This document shows positions 12,725 to 25,045 of a DNA stretch of 37,817 nt, one piece after another. Each line of letters opens with the position of its first letter. Within the stretch, counting starts at the first letter, position 1. The stretch spans positions 1-37,817 of the forward strand of contig NW_021835873.1 of assembly GCF_006345805.1 (NCBI RefSeq), read 5' to 3'. The notes under the pieces were generated by a model. That model searched no databases. It was given only the letters and a program-made list of their open reading frames with translations, and was not told the DNA's origin. The position numbers and the translations under genes were made by a program. This DNA comes from Octopus sinensis. Taxonomy: Eukaryota.

Positions 12725-14272
12725 CAGCGCCAAGCTCAACTGCTCTATCCTGACATGGAGGGTATCAGCAATGAAATCTATAACAAAACACTCATTGACA
12801 TTGAAGACAGAATTGCTAAACTGGGTGGAAATGAATTGTCGACGTATGGCCTGCCACAAGCATTCAGGTCAGGGTCAAATAGCCTTCCCACTGCTGTCAT
12901 TCGTGAAACAACCTACGACACTCAAGCGCTTTCAAAGTACATTGTTGAAAATGAGCCTAAATTACTTCCGGACCAGCTTCAGGCCTACAGAACTATTCTT
13001 AATAGTGTACAGCAACGCGAGGGACGAATCTTCTTCCTCGATATTCCTGGAGGGACAGGAAAAACATTTATTACAAAGCTTCTCCTTTGCAGAAGTTAGG
13101 CAGCATCAGGACATTGCAGTAGCTGTAGCCTCCTCTGGTATTGCAGCTACTTTGTTACCTCTCAAATTAGCAGCATCCGAAATGCCTTCATGCAACATCA
13201 ACAAAAGCTCATATCAGGGACAAGTACTTAAAATGTGTCATCTAATTGTCTGGAATGAGTGCACTATGTCTCACAAGGGAGCTTTGGAAGCATTAGATAG
13301 AGCCCTGAAAGACATCCGAGACTGTCAGGCTCAAATGGGAGGTGTAACGCTTCAGTTGTCAGGTGATTTCAGGCAAACTCTTCCTGTCATTCCGAAAGGC
13401 ACTAGAGCAGATGAAGTCCAAGCATGCCTAAAGTCCTCTACCCTGTGGCATCATGTTACAATCCTCAGTCTCACCACTAACATGAAAGCTCAGCTACACG
13501 GCGACAAAATGTCCACAAAGTTTGCACAGGACATTTTGACACTTAGTGAAGGCAAGATGCCTCTCGGTGCTGCAGAACTAATGGAAGTGTGGTAATTTTC
13601 CTCTGTTGTTAATTCTGTAGATGACTTCAAAAACAAAGTCTTTCCCAACTTCACACACAACTACCAAAATTACAATTGGCTGTGTGAAAGAGCAATATTA
13701 GATCCAAAAAACGCCGCTGTTAACAAAATTAATCAACAGCTAATGCATTCTCTTCCCGGTACTATACACACTTACAAGTCTGTTGATACAATTCCAGACA
13801 TAAATGAAGTTGTGAACTATCCTCCTGAATTTCTCAATTCACTGGAGCCTCCTGGACTACCTCCACACATATTAGCACTTAAAGTTGGAACTCCTGTAAT
13901 GCTACTCCGCAATCTGGAACCACCAAGACTTTGCAATGGAACACGACTGGTGATAAAGAAAATGATGTCACACGTTATCGATGTGGAAACGGTGATGACG
14001 TCTTTATTCCAAGATTTCCTCTTACTCCATCAGGAGCAGAAATTCCATTTACATTCAGAAGACTGCAATTCCCCCTCCGTGTCAGCTTTGCCATGTCCAT
14101 TAACAAATCTCAGGGTCAAACCCTCTCTGTAGCTGGTCTTCTCTTGGAAGAGCCCTGCTTCTCGCATGGGCAACTGTATGTTGGCTGCTCAAGAGTAGGA
14201 ACGAAAAGAAACCTTTTTGTATATGCTCCACAAGGAAAAACAAGGAACATTGTTTACAACGAGGTGTTATAA
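12725..14272 (+). pseudogene. Helitron RepHel C-terminal PIF1 helicase, frameshifted; Rep/HUH domain absent
   Basis: FFLDIPGGTGKTF (Walker A), VASSGIAATLL, IVWNECTM, GDFRQTLPV, GLPPHILALKVG, CNGTRL, RLQFPLRVSFAMSINKSQGQTL, FSHGQLYVGCSRV, TRNIVYNEVL. Confidence 0.95.
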
Positions 14273-14452
14273 TCTCAACAGCCTGGAAGTATATACATGA
14301 TCCCCTTTTTTTAACAAACTTCATGTACTTTCATGTAATTATATTAATATACATATATATGTGTGTGTGTGTGTGTATGTGCGTGCGTGTGTGTGTGTGT
14401 GTGTATCCATATATATATATAACAGAAAAGTCTAATTCTTCAATTGAATGTA

Positions 14453-14478
14453 ACCGGGCAACGCCGGGTATCTCTGCT

Positions 14479-14480
<2 letters not shown>
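14453..14480 (+). other. Helitron 3' terminus (hairpin plus CTAG)
   Basis: accgggcaacgccgggt-atctctg-CTAG|t; the same motif occurs at 3703 and 26592. Confidence 0.85.
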
Positions 14481-14550
<70 letters not shown>

Positions 14551-14555
<5 letters not shown>

Positions 14556-14670
14556 TGAGGGAATAAAATCCAAACTTACAAGGAAAAAGAATTCAATTTA
14601 GAAATACTAAATCAAATTCCACACAATATAATCTATATAAAATATTAGAAATATTGTAATATTTTACCCC
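14551..14670. repeat. Fragment of an AT-rich interspersed repeat related to 27085-27160 and 33695-33790 (Penelope-associated)
   Basis: Shared motif agggaataaa(a)tccaaa(c/t)ttaca(a/g)ggaaaaa...gattta. Confidence 0.55.
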
Positions 14671-14737
14671 CACTTGGTAGACACCCAGGACAACAAAGAA
14701 GATTCAAGTGAGAAACCTGCCCGGGAAGTAAACCCAA

Positions 14738-15230
14738 GTGCAAGTGCCCCTACCAGCACCAAAAGCCCAAACAATGGAGATGAAAGAGCCAAAAAAAGAA
14801 GTAAAAGGAGGAAAAACTAAAAGAAAAACAAGAGATGAAACAGCCAAGGATAGAAGCAAACCTGACTATCCATATACCAAAAAGGATAGAAAGAGACAAC
14901 GCACACGAATGTGTAAATTCTACCTGAAAGGTGTCTGCTGGCATGGAGAGGAAGGTGCAGGCTGCCGTTTTGCACACCAAAGACCCTGCCACATAAACAT
15001 GAAACAGGACAGAAACCAACTACCAAAAGGAAAAGGAATGGACTACGCACCACCTGCCCCAAAACGGAGGTACGCAGATGTAGTCCGTGCTACACCAAAA
15101 TGTTATTGAAAGAGCAGCTGCTGAACAAGAATCTTTTTTGTGCATGGCACAAAAGATTGTACAGCAGCTAACCTGGCTCCATCAAACTCAAACTCGCAGA
15201 TGGGACTATCCACAATACAAGACCGCCACA
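14738..15230 (+). pseudogene. LINE ORF1 remnant with CCCH-type zinc finger
   Basis: Lys-rich stretch then CKFYLKGVCWHGEEGAGCRFAH (Cx7Cx8Cx3H), directly upstream of ORF2. Confidence 0.7.
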
Positions 15231-15281
15231 GCAAATAGACCCAAGGTGGACACCACCGGCAACAGCACACTCAACACCTCG

Positions 15282-18200
15282 ATGCTCCTAGTGGACATCA
15301 GAGGACTGTTAACACTCAGTAACAGGACAAAAATCCCTTTCTTGAGAGACCTTGTTACATGCAATCAAGCCTTATGCATAGCACTTACGGAAACACACCT
15401 GAAACCGGACATAGCAGATGCGGAAATACACATATCACAGTATGTTGTACTACGGACCGACAGAAAAGAAAGGAGTCATGTTGGAGTTGCTATGTACATC
15501 TGCGAGGACCTCACACCCCAGGTCCTTTTGTCATACTCAAATTCGGTGTATGACACACTACTTGTACATATAAGGCAACTTGGTGTAGTTATATGTGCTA
15601 CATATCACCCTCCAGATGATCCAAGCCATGTAGGCAAGTTTGAAGACTGCCTTATAAAAATAGAAGTTCTAGTCACATTAAAACAACACATAAGTGTACT
15701 TCTTATGGGAGACTTCAATCTGCCCAATGTCAGATGGCCCGAGGGCCTTACTCTCCCAGGAATGACAAGATGCGAACGAGGACGGGCGAGGTCCCTCCTG
15801 AACCTCATCAACACTTTGTACATGGAGCAAATACTCCAACCAGCCAGGGCAGGTAACATACTGGATCTCTGCTTCACAAATAATATGGATCGCATCCATA
15901 ATGTGAAAGTGACACCGACACTACTCTCGGATCACAACATGGTACAGTTGACTATGTACGGGCCAAAGGAAAGCATGGACATGCAGTCTACAAGAAACTC
16001 TCAGAATCTTTCCAGCTTGAACCTCCATAAGGCAAACTGGAAACAAATTGAGAAAGAGATTTTCAAACAAAACTGGCCTGTAATGCAAGCCATCTGCTAC
16101 AAATGTGTCCCAGAGAGAAAGGCCACTGTACACAAGAACAAAATCCCCAGAGAGAGGAAAATTCTTATGAGACGGCGTACAAAAGTTTCAAATCGCCTAA
16201 ACAAACAAATTGAAAGCAGTGAAAGCCTGAAAATAAAACTGTTGGAAATTGAAAAATGTCTGCAACTCTCCCATGAAAAAGAAAGAGCAGACAAAGAAGC
16301 CTGGGCTATAGACAACATAAAATCTAACCCCAGAGCTTTCTACAAGTTTGCCAAAGAAACAGCTACGGTGCACTGTAGGATAGGGCCACTCCTCGAAAAG
16401 GATGGTACTCTCACAGGAAATGCAATGAAGATAAGTGAAATACCAAATGAGCAATTCAAGAGTATTTTCACTCCACCCCTAGGGCATTTTCAAGTCAGCA
16501 ATACAACTGACTTCTTTACCACCGCAGATATAAAATCAGAGGCAGCGATGATTGATTACATCAATATAAAGGAAGACGATGTAATAAAGGCTATCGATGA
16601 AATGAACCCAAACTCAGCTACTGGCCCGATGGATTCCCAGCAATCCTTCTAAAAGTATGTAAGAGAGTCCTAGCAAGACCACTGCTTTTCCTCTTTCAGA
16701 GCTTCCTTGCAACTGGCAAACTTCCAAGAAAACTGAAGGAAGGTAAAATATGCCCTATTCATAAAGGAGGTAGCAGAGCGGAGGCCAAGAACTTCAGACC
16801 TATCTCTCTGACCTCACACATCAGCAAGGTCATGGAACAAATAGTCAGAAGGAAACTAATCGCCTTCTTGAAGAAAATAACTTGCTGTCTGACACCCAAT
16901 ATGGTTTCCGACCAGGAAGAAGCTGCCTAACTCAGCTCCTACAACACTGTGTCTGGGTACTGAAATGACTGCCCAACCACTCAAATGTGGAAGTGATATA
17001 TCTCGACTTTGCAAAGGCCTTTGATAAACTCGATCATGGAATGATATGTCACAAACTGCGTGATCTTGGCATAGTTGGAAAATTGGGAGAATGGCTTCAT
17101 GACTTTCTGAAGGATAGAAGTCAGGTGGTCGTAGCCAATGGGGCCACTTCCATTAACACACAAATAGTGAGCGGTGTTCCGCAAGGCACTGTTTTGGGAC
17201 CACTACTGTTCATAATGGCCCTCTCGGACATGCCCTCAGCCACGCAGAGAGCCACGGTCACAAGTTATGCAGACGATACAAAAGTTTCACAGATAATACA
17301 GAACCTTGAAGACACTATGCACCTGCAATGTGAGCTGGACAAAATATACAAGTGGGCTGAAAAGAATAGCATGCAGTTCAATGCTGAAAAATTTCAAGCT
17401 TTATGCTATCAGCATGAAAAACTAAATGCAATACCCAATAAATACACTGGACCTGGAGGGATTGCGATCCCAGAGGCACAATCAGTGCGAGACCTGGGTA
17501 TTTACATGAGTAATGATGCAACCTTTCATGTGCATGTTGCTAAATTGGCAATGGAATGTAGGCGGCTGACCTGATGGATTCTTAGAGCCTTTAGAACAAG
17601 AGACCAGGAATCCATCGGGCCAGTAGCTGAATTTGGGTTCATTTCATCTCTAGCCTTTATTACATCGTCTTCCCTTATATTGATGTAATCAATCATCGCT
17701 GCCTCTGATTTTATATCTGCGGTGGTAAAGAAGTCAGTTGTATTGCTGACTTGAAAATGCCCTAGGGGTGGAGTGAAAATACTCTTGAATTGCTCATGAT
17801 GGTCCTCTGGAGGACACTTGTCCTAAGCCACTTTGACTATTGCTCTCAGCTATGGTCACCATCCAGTGTCAAGTTAATCACAGAAGTTGAGGCGATCCAA
17901 CGAAGCTACACGAAGAAGGTAGCCTTTGTGCAGCATATAAGCTATTGGGAAAGACTCAAGAGATTAAGACTCTATTCCTTAGAGCGTAGGCGAGAAAGAT
18001 ATGCCATAATATACATCTGGAAGATCCTAGAAGGACTTGTCCCAAACTTTGGCATCGAGAGTTACACAAATACTAGAACAAGGCGCCACTCCATAATGCC
18101 AAGGACTCCAAATTTGCCATCAAGATGTAGGACAAGATACTGTGATAGCCTGGATTTCAGAGGCCCACAGCTCTTCTATATCCTCCCGAAGGACCTGAGA

Positions 18201-18350
18201 GACCTGCATGGGGTGGATGCAGATGTCTTTTAAATAAAACTGGATCTTTTCCTTTCAGGTGTCCCAGATGAACCAACTTCAGGTGCAGATGAGGGCGGCT
18301 GCATCGAACTCTCTCATGCACCAAATGGCAATTGCTAAAAAGCATTCGTG
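15282..18350 (+). pseudogene. LINE ORF2: AP-type endonuclease and reverse transcriptase, disrupted
   Basis: IALTETHL, YHPP, MGDFNLP, ILDLCFTN, SDHN (APE); YLDFAKAFD, GVPQGTVLGPLLF, YADDTK, LYSLERRRERY (RT); several stops and frameshifts. Confidence 0.93.
17616..17797 (-). repeat. 182-bp inverted duplication of 16447-16628 inserted within the same LINE
   Basis: Reverse complement of the upstream segment (about 4 mismatches); absent from the sister copy, which reads ggaatccat|gatggtcc at about 36570. Confidence 0.95.
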
Positions 18351-18444
18351 AAGTAAAATCAGGTAGCAACGCCGAATGGTGGTGCCCCAGCATGGCCACA
18401 GCTCGTGAGCTGAAACTAGATAAAATAAAAAAAAATTTTTTTAA

Positions 18445-21400
18445 TATAATTATGTATATCCTCTGACGAGGCCTTTGCTAGATCAGCTGGTTATGAAGAA
18501 CTCAATATACTTCTAGCCATCGCTCATCGTCTCTTTTCAACCAAATCCAGTGGCTAGCCTTCTCCACTGTAGATTGGATATCAGTCATGGTGGTATTGAC
18601 TTTACGATGAGTTAGGCCAAACGATAACAATAGTCGTCTCACGCTGTGTCCTACAAACCCTCTACATCCGACTTCGATAGGAAAATGTTCCGCTTTCCAG
18701 CCTGCGTCTTCACATTCCTCGAGGAGGTTTTCATAACGGTTTAATTTTCGAGCTCGAGTGGCGTCCATATTATCTTCGTGAGGAACCGTTAGCTCGACTA
18801 TATTTACAACTTTCTTTCTTTCACACCACATCAAAATATCTGGGTTTTTTCGAAACTGGGATGGGAAAGAAAACCTGGCACCCAGGTAAATCTGCAGTTA
18901 CCTCCCAATAGCCGTTCCACTTTTCATTTTTCTCAGGAAGTTTCTTGGTCTTCTTCTTGAAACGGATCTGCTGACCTGGTCGCACGAAGGTAATGAACTC
19001 TCTTGATGGTACTTTTAACGATTTTTCCTCAGTGTTGTTGAGATGAATTTGGTTCTTTATAGCATTGAAGATAACCTTAAGGACCAAGTTGTGCCTCCAT
19101 GTGTACCTGTTCAATGCTAATGAACAGTTGGAAAGAATATGTTTTAGTGTACCGATCTTTCCACATTTGCAGATGTCATTCTCTAAGACGTTCCATCTTA
19201 CTATATTCGTAGGTGATGGAAAAACATCATAAGATGAACGAATCAGGAAACTCAGCCGAGATGTCGTCCACTTCCACATCTCATCCCAACTTATCTTCCT
19301 CTCAACAACATGTTCTTCCCATCTCGTCATCTGACCTTGATGAACACATCGGATCAAATGAAGCTCTCTTCTCTCTGCTTCTCTTGTTTTGACGCTGTTG
19401 CTAACAACAGATCTGCGTTCACACGGCATCATGCTTGCAAACGGTCTGAACTGATCTGCGCCAAAACCAAATCCTTTCCGATGGTTCTGCGTTGCTCCCA
19501 CCATATCTCTGTGTATAAGAGAAGACAAGATGTTGTCAGTTTCTGCTTCTGCTTTCCACTTCCTGGCTGTTTTCACCTCTGGTGGGTTACGCCTGATTTC
19601 CATATCCTTCGATTCTCTCAGCATCATAACCGTCCGTATCTTCCCCAACTTATATTTTTCGACTATTGATGCTATTGGTAACTGCAACGAACCTCTTTTA
19701 CGATAAAGAGCTGAGCTGTTCAACATACGAGGTAGACCTAGCCACTTTCTAATGAACACATTACATTTTTGTTCAACCTTTTCAACTCGTGACAATGCTA
19801 CTTCGTATATTAAAAGTGGCCACGCAAGTCGCGGGTACAAGCCGAACTGCAAGCACCAAATTTTATATTTACCTGGTAACTTCGAAACATCAATCGCTGA
19901 TAACCCAGCCTCGGCCTGTTTCATAATTTCAATCCCACGACTGTTGGAATGCTTTCTTCAGATATTCGAAATTTAAATTCTTTCTGCACTCCCTTAACAA
20001 ATGTCAGACTACGCGACTTTTTTGCTCTAAATCGCATCCTTGACCACCTTACAAGTTCGTCTAATCTCAAAAGGGCATTCTGCATGATTTGTTTATCTGT
20101 AGCTAGAAGTGTCACGTCATCCATGAAGGCTTTCTTAGGCGATTGTACATGGGCGATTTGTTCCGAAAAATCTACACCTTTCAAAATCAACTCCATCACT
20201 AAGATAAACCACGTGACAGATATTGTACAGCCAGCAGCAATGCCAACCTCCAATCGGTGCCAATTTGTTGTAAAATTTCCAGTTGTAAACCTCATTTCGA
20301 AACTGTCATAGTACATCCTCATTATTTTGATCACTTTGTCAGGAATGTGGAAGTGGTCCATGGCTGTTATTAGTAAGTTCAGACTTTTCTTGTTCTGTTT
20401 GGCATCCTGGATCGCTTTCCAAATCGAAAAACAGTGTTCAACGCATCCAGGGATCCCGGGGATTCCGGCCTTTTGAACAGATTCATCAACATATCCGTTA
20501 CTCTGTAAATATGCCACTGTTCTCCTCGACAGAATTCCCATAAAGATCTTGCCTTTCACATTCAATAAGGATATCGGCCTAAACTGTTTTATGGTCTTTG
20601 CATTGGCCTCTTTCGGCAGGTATATACCTTCTGCCTTACACCAATCCTCTACTATAGTCTCCTCGCGTCACAGTTGTCGGATTAGGACGAAGAGCTTCTT
20701 TCGCAGACGATTGCAGTACTTGTAGACTTTACATGAGACGCCATCACCTCCTGGGGCACTCTTTGCTCTAGCTTTTCTTACGAAGTCATTCACCTCTCTC
20801 TCCCTGATGTCCCTAATCTGGAATTCGATATCAGGTCCTGAGAGATGATTTAACCCATGTAGAGGTGGCAGCGGCTGGTTACGGTGCGGATCGCTGTAGG
20901 TTTCCTTGATATGAGCATCCAATTCTTCTTTAGTGCACGATAAAGTACCACTCTTCGGTTCAGTGAACAGCTTCTTAGTAAACCCGTACGGGTCCTTCAG
21001 AAACTGCCCCCGAGTCCTTTTACTTTCTTTTCGACGCTCATATCGGCGGATATGTCGTTGCACATAACGACATTTCCTCTTCAAATCGTTATACAGCAAC
21101 GCAAGGCCAGGTTTCTCATCTAGTGCAGCACATCTCCATCGCTTTCTTAAGTCGGACTTTTCCTTCCTCAACTGCTGCATTTTTCTGATCCTCCTGCTTG
21201 GTCCACACTTTCCTTTCTCTAGTCGGATATTCTCTTTTATTCCAAATAAATCTTTTCCTATATCGTATATTGAGCTTGATAATTTTCCCAGTTTCTCCAC
21301 TGTAGAGCCTGTCATTTTATAAAGAGCCCCACAAACCATGTTTTCAAACTCTTTATATTTCACTTTCTCATTAGCAGCAGGCCACAAAACCCTCGGTTTC

Positions 21401-21960
21401 CTCTGAGTATTATCCGATGCACCAGTTTCATGACTTGTAGTTTCATCACGTGAAGAGTTCTCTGCTGTAGCATTTATCGATCCGCTGTGGTTTGAGTCCG
21501 GGGATGATTTGCCACGTGTTTTACGATCTGACGATCCACACTGCTCTGTCCTCTTCTCACAAGTCTTTCCCTGATGTATCTTCAAGCCTCTCTCAGTTGC
21601 AAAGGTTCTATAGCACAGCTTGCATCCAAAGTTGTTTGCATTTCGTTCGCTGTTCGAATGAATAATCATGTTCGTTTCCAAATAGTACTTAGCGCATCCA
21701 CCCACACGCAAGGGCTATATCCAAGTATCCAGAACATTCAGTCCGAATTACAAATCCGGGTAAGGTCCATTCCACAAAATATAAGCCCGTTATATGTATA
21801 TTAGATTTCACAGTGTTTACATTCCTATTGTATGGATATTAAAGTATATATCCGCAAAATCAAATAAATTTAGTTTAAAAAAAAAAAGATAGTAGCAACT
21901 AAGTTAAGTTGCTACTATCCCAGTTAAGTTAAGTCCAAGGTTAGCGTTGAAGTACGGATA
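18445..21960 (-). mobile_element. Hero-like (R2/NeSL group) non-LTR retrotransposon with restriction-like endonuclease, near full length, defective
   Basis: Single long ORF split into four pieces; the 5' boundary is approximate. Confidence 0.85.
18502..21711 (-). pseudogene. Hero-like ORF: N-terminal zinc finger, RT, CCHC knuckle, RLE nuclease
   Basis: CKLCYRTFATERGLKIHQGKTC; SAPGGDG; FRPISLLNV; GIAAGCTIS; KAFMDDVT; CKCGKIGTLKHILSNC; IVELTVPHE...PIEVGCRGF. In-frame stop at 20668, loss of the RT DxxxA(Y/F) motif, and frameshifts. Confidence 0.9.
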
Positions 21961-22440
21961 TCTCTATATTATAAATCTGAAATGCGAAAAGTTTGTTTGT
22001 CTGTATGGTTTTGGCATTGAGGACGGGTTAAAGGCCAATAGATCCCGTCGGATTGGCTCCAAAATTTACAGGGACATGTAAAATGAGGTGAGGATGCGAG
22101 TGGGCTAGGTTAGAAATCTCCATCTTAAAAGGTGTCGTTGCTAGGGCCAAAAACGCACTTTGACAAGTCTACTCTCATTCTTTTATGTATCTGTCTTCCT
22201 CCATCACTCATTCGCTTTCCTTACTTCCCATCACTTTCTATATATATAACGTCGTTTCACAGCGTCTAACTCCCTTACCTTCACTTTCTCTTTATAACGT
22301 CGTTTCACAGCGTTCTATATCTCCCCCTTCCCGCCTTCGACAGCACTTTCACACTCTCTCTCTACGTCTGTCTGCATTCATAGAGAGAATTATTATCGCC
22401 ACCAACACACAATCATGAGAACAAATATTATTTGTTGGTT
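21961..22440 (+). mobile_element. Putative Helitron 5' portion (no 3' end found)
   Basis: a|TCtctatattataaatctgaaatgcgaaaagtttgtttgtctgt...; internal duplicate tataacgtcgtttcacagcgt. Confidence 0.55.
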
Positions 22441-22534
22441 TAATTTATATATATGTGTGTGTGTGTGTGTGTGTTCTATATATAAATATGTATATATAAT
22501 GTATATATACAAAGTGTATATATCTGTATTTATG

Positions 22535-22740
22535 TATATTAAACTTTTTAATACTTTTTGATAGTTATATATATTTTTAAAAAATTATAAATATAAATTA
22601 ATAATTTTAATTTTAGATTTAAATTTTTCAATTTTATATTTTATATATTTTGTATATTATATTTTTATTTTTATGTTTTGGTTTATATTTTTCACTGTTT
22701 GATTTGCCTATTAGTGGTTTTATCTCTAATTTCATTTATA
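22535..22740. repeat. Partial copy of the AT-rich foldback element at 33695-34570
   Basis: Shares aaacttttt?aatactttttgatagtt and ttttcactgtttgatttgccta(t/a)tagtggttttatct with 34097-34122 and 34523-34560. Confidence 0.75.
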
Positions 22741-23045
22741 CATATATATATAATTTGTATATATAATGCGTGCACACACACACATATATACATATATATA
22801 TATATATATAATGTGTGCATTATGTGGTCGGTTGAACTGAAAATATGCACACCTATGTTAATAGTGCTGGCAAGTCTGCATGACAACTATTTTTTTCCTC
22901 AAATGAAAGGCGTGACCTCTAGGACAAAATTCCTCATCTTATAAAATGTGGCCCCAGTAGACCCGAATGAAATCGGGTTTATATTAACCAAAATGTGAAA
23001 AGGGGTCTAAATGGGGCTGGAAGGGGATTAAAATTTACAGGAGCG

Positions 23046-23330
23046 GGTGTTTAGGAATTCTCTATTACATCAAGCTAAAAAAATTTGCGCCAGCCTTTTA
23101 ATCGTCAATGTGTTGCCGTCCATGATGAAGAAGTTTTGAATGCTTGCCATAGTGAGTCTACTGTCGTGAGAAAGAATCACTTCAAAACTTGGTGTTTAGG
23201 AATTTTCTTTTACATCAAGTTCAAAATTTTACGCCAGCCGTTAAACTGTCAATACGTTGCTGTCCGTCGTTAAGAAATGCCAGCCATGGTGACTCTACTA
23301 TCCTCAGATTCTATCCCTTCAAACTTTGGT
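23046..23330. repeat. Diverged tandem duplication, ~145-bp unit x2
   Basis: ggtgtttaggaatt..c..ttacatcaag...cgccagcc..ttaa..gtcaat..gttgc.gtcc recurs at about 23046 and 23191. Confidence 0.75.
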
Positions 23331-23615
23331 TTCCAATATTTTATTATTTTTATTCAGCTCGCAAGTTCGTCTGTCCCTTTTAAATGTTAGTGTTTTGCTG
23401 TCTGCCTTGAAGCAGACCTTTCCGTTGTCACTGCCTGATATTTATGATTGATCTTTCAAAATATTTTACTTTCTCAACTTACTCAAGATCTTTTGTTGTT
23501 TATAAATGTGAGAGAGATAGATAGAGAGTAAGAGAAAGCGAGGGAGAGTCCGAGAGAAAAGAAAAGTAAGAGAGTGGGAAAGTGAGAGAGAAAGGAGAGA
23601 GAAACAAAGAGGGAG

Positions 23616-23616
<1 letters not shown>

Positions 23617-23652
<36 letters not shown>

Positions 23653-23945
23653 GTTTAACGTCCGTGATCCGTGCTAGCACGGGTTGGACAGTTTGACTGG
23701 GGTCTGGGAAGCCAGGAGGCTGCACCAGACTCCAGTCTGATCTGGCAGTGTTTCTACAGCTGGATGCCCTTCCTCATGCCAACCACTCTGTGAGTGTACT
23801 GGGTGCTTTTTTCGTGCCGCCGGCACAGGTGCCAGGGGGGCTGGTAGCGGCCACGATCGATTGGTCCTTTTTACGTGCCACCGGCGCAGAAGCCAGTCAA
23901 GGCGGCGCTGCCATCGGTCACGTTCGGATGGTGCTTTGTACGTGC
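23617..23945 (-). mobile_element. RTE-tailed SINE-like element with internal ~60-bp repeats and (GAT)n tail, 5'-truncated
   Basis: Reverse complement of the elements at 31659 and 32893 (ggaagggcatccagctgtagaaac...cggacgttaaacgatgatg). Confidence 0.85.
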
Positions 23946-24690
23946 TGAAAGGAAGCAACAGAAAATAACAACCACACTCTTACTCGCGCTTAGAGCGGGT
24001 CACCTTAAGCTAGTTAAATATATTACGATATTTAAAATTATAATGGGGGTTAGGGAGCAGTCATTAAAGATATTGACTATTTAACCTATGCATATTAAAT
24101 GTTAGAAATATTAAGGTTCAGGGAGCATTTACTTAAACCGCTGATCTATTTCCAATTGGCTAATTTCTTTAATCGTATCCGTGAGGCCTGTTTCAAAACA
24201 ATATGGGTTCAGAATGTTAATTGAACAGATCATAATAGTTTATCAAAACTGAATAAAATGTTGAATAAAAAGTAGCCAAAATAAAATAAAAATAATGATA
24301 ATAATTATATCTATTATCCTATTATGCATAAACGTAAATGCATTTATACATACATATACATCAAAGTATAATAAAGCCAAAAACGAACGATTTATAACGC
24401 AAACTAGCATACGTTTATATGGTTACGTGCTAATTAAACAAAAAAATAATTATATATCTATTATCCTATTAACACATACGAATTATATACATACTTATCA
24501 AGGTTAACTAAAAGTAACCGATTGAAAACATCAGCTTACATATCATTATACATTAGGTGAATAAACATCAAAGTCCAACGAATTATTTTTCACCCATATC
24601 CCGCATTTATGCATACATGCACATATAAGCAAATTCTGCACCTATATACGTAGCCTTCTAATACACCTATACATACATACATACATACAT

Positions 24691-24735
<45 letters not shown>

Positions 24736-25045
24736 TATAATCCTACATACTAACAGACCAGTACAAACATCACCTATACAAAAGTTTACTGAAGTCCATA
24801 TATAATATCTAATATACAAGAAGATAACATAAATAATACTTAAAACTATCACATGCATGTACACAAATAGACATACATGAAAATGCGAAAAATATAAATA
24901 AATAAATATAAAAATAAAATATAAATATACATATACACATGCATCCACACATATGTAAATCTATTAGTGATCACAATGTTTAGTATGTTGACTCATATAA
25001 CCATATACTGAGAACCCATATTGAATACTTAATAAACATAAGCAG

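Larger units (their letters stand above)
14671..18435 (+). mobile_element. Near-full-length APE-RT LINE (CR1/L2 group, Crack/Daphne-like; clade unresolved), copy A1
   Basis: ORF1 remnant with a CCCH finger; ORF2 endonuclease plus RT; 3' end ggtgccccagcatggccacagctcgtgagctgaaactagataaaataaaaaa. Confidence 0.9.

Noticed and set aside
12588-14272. Host PIF1 helicase gene
   Set aside because: Intronless, frameshifted, with Helitron-type motifs and a hairpin-CTAG terminus 200 bp downstream.
15765-15795. Possible further A>G patch in LINE copy A1 (tgcgaacgaggacgggcgagg)
   Set aside because: The only in-window comparator is the diverged subfamily B copy, so direction and significance cannot be established.
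18460-18500. ctgacga-ggcc as a hammerhead core
   Set aside because: No closing stem II or GAAA-stem III-UH downstream; it is the antisense of the Hero-like 3' UTR.
23946-24660. Possible DNA transposon or MITE
   Set aside because: I could not identify terminal inverted repeats, a TSD or a coding remnant.
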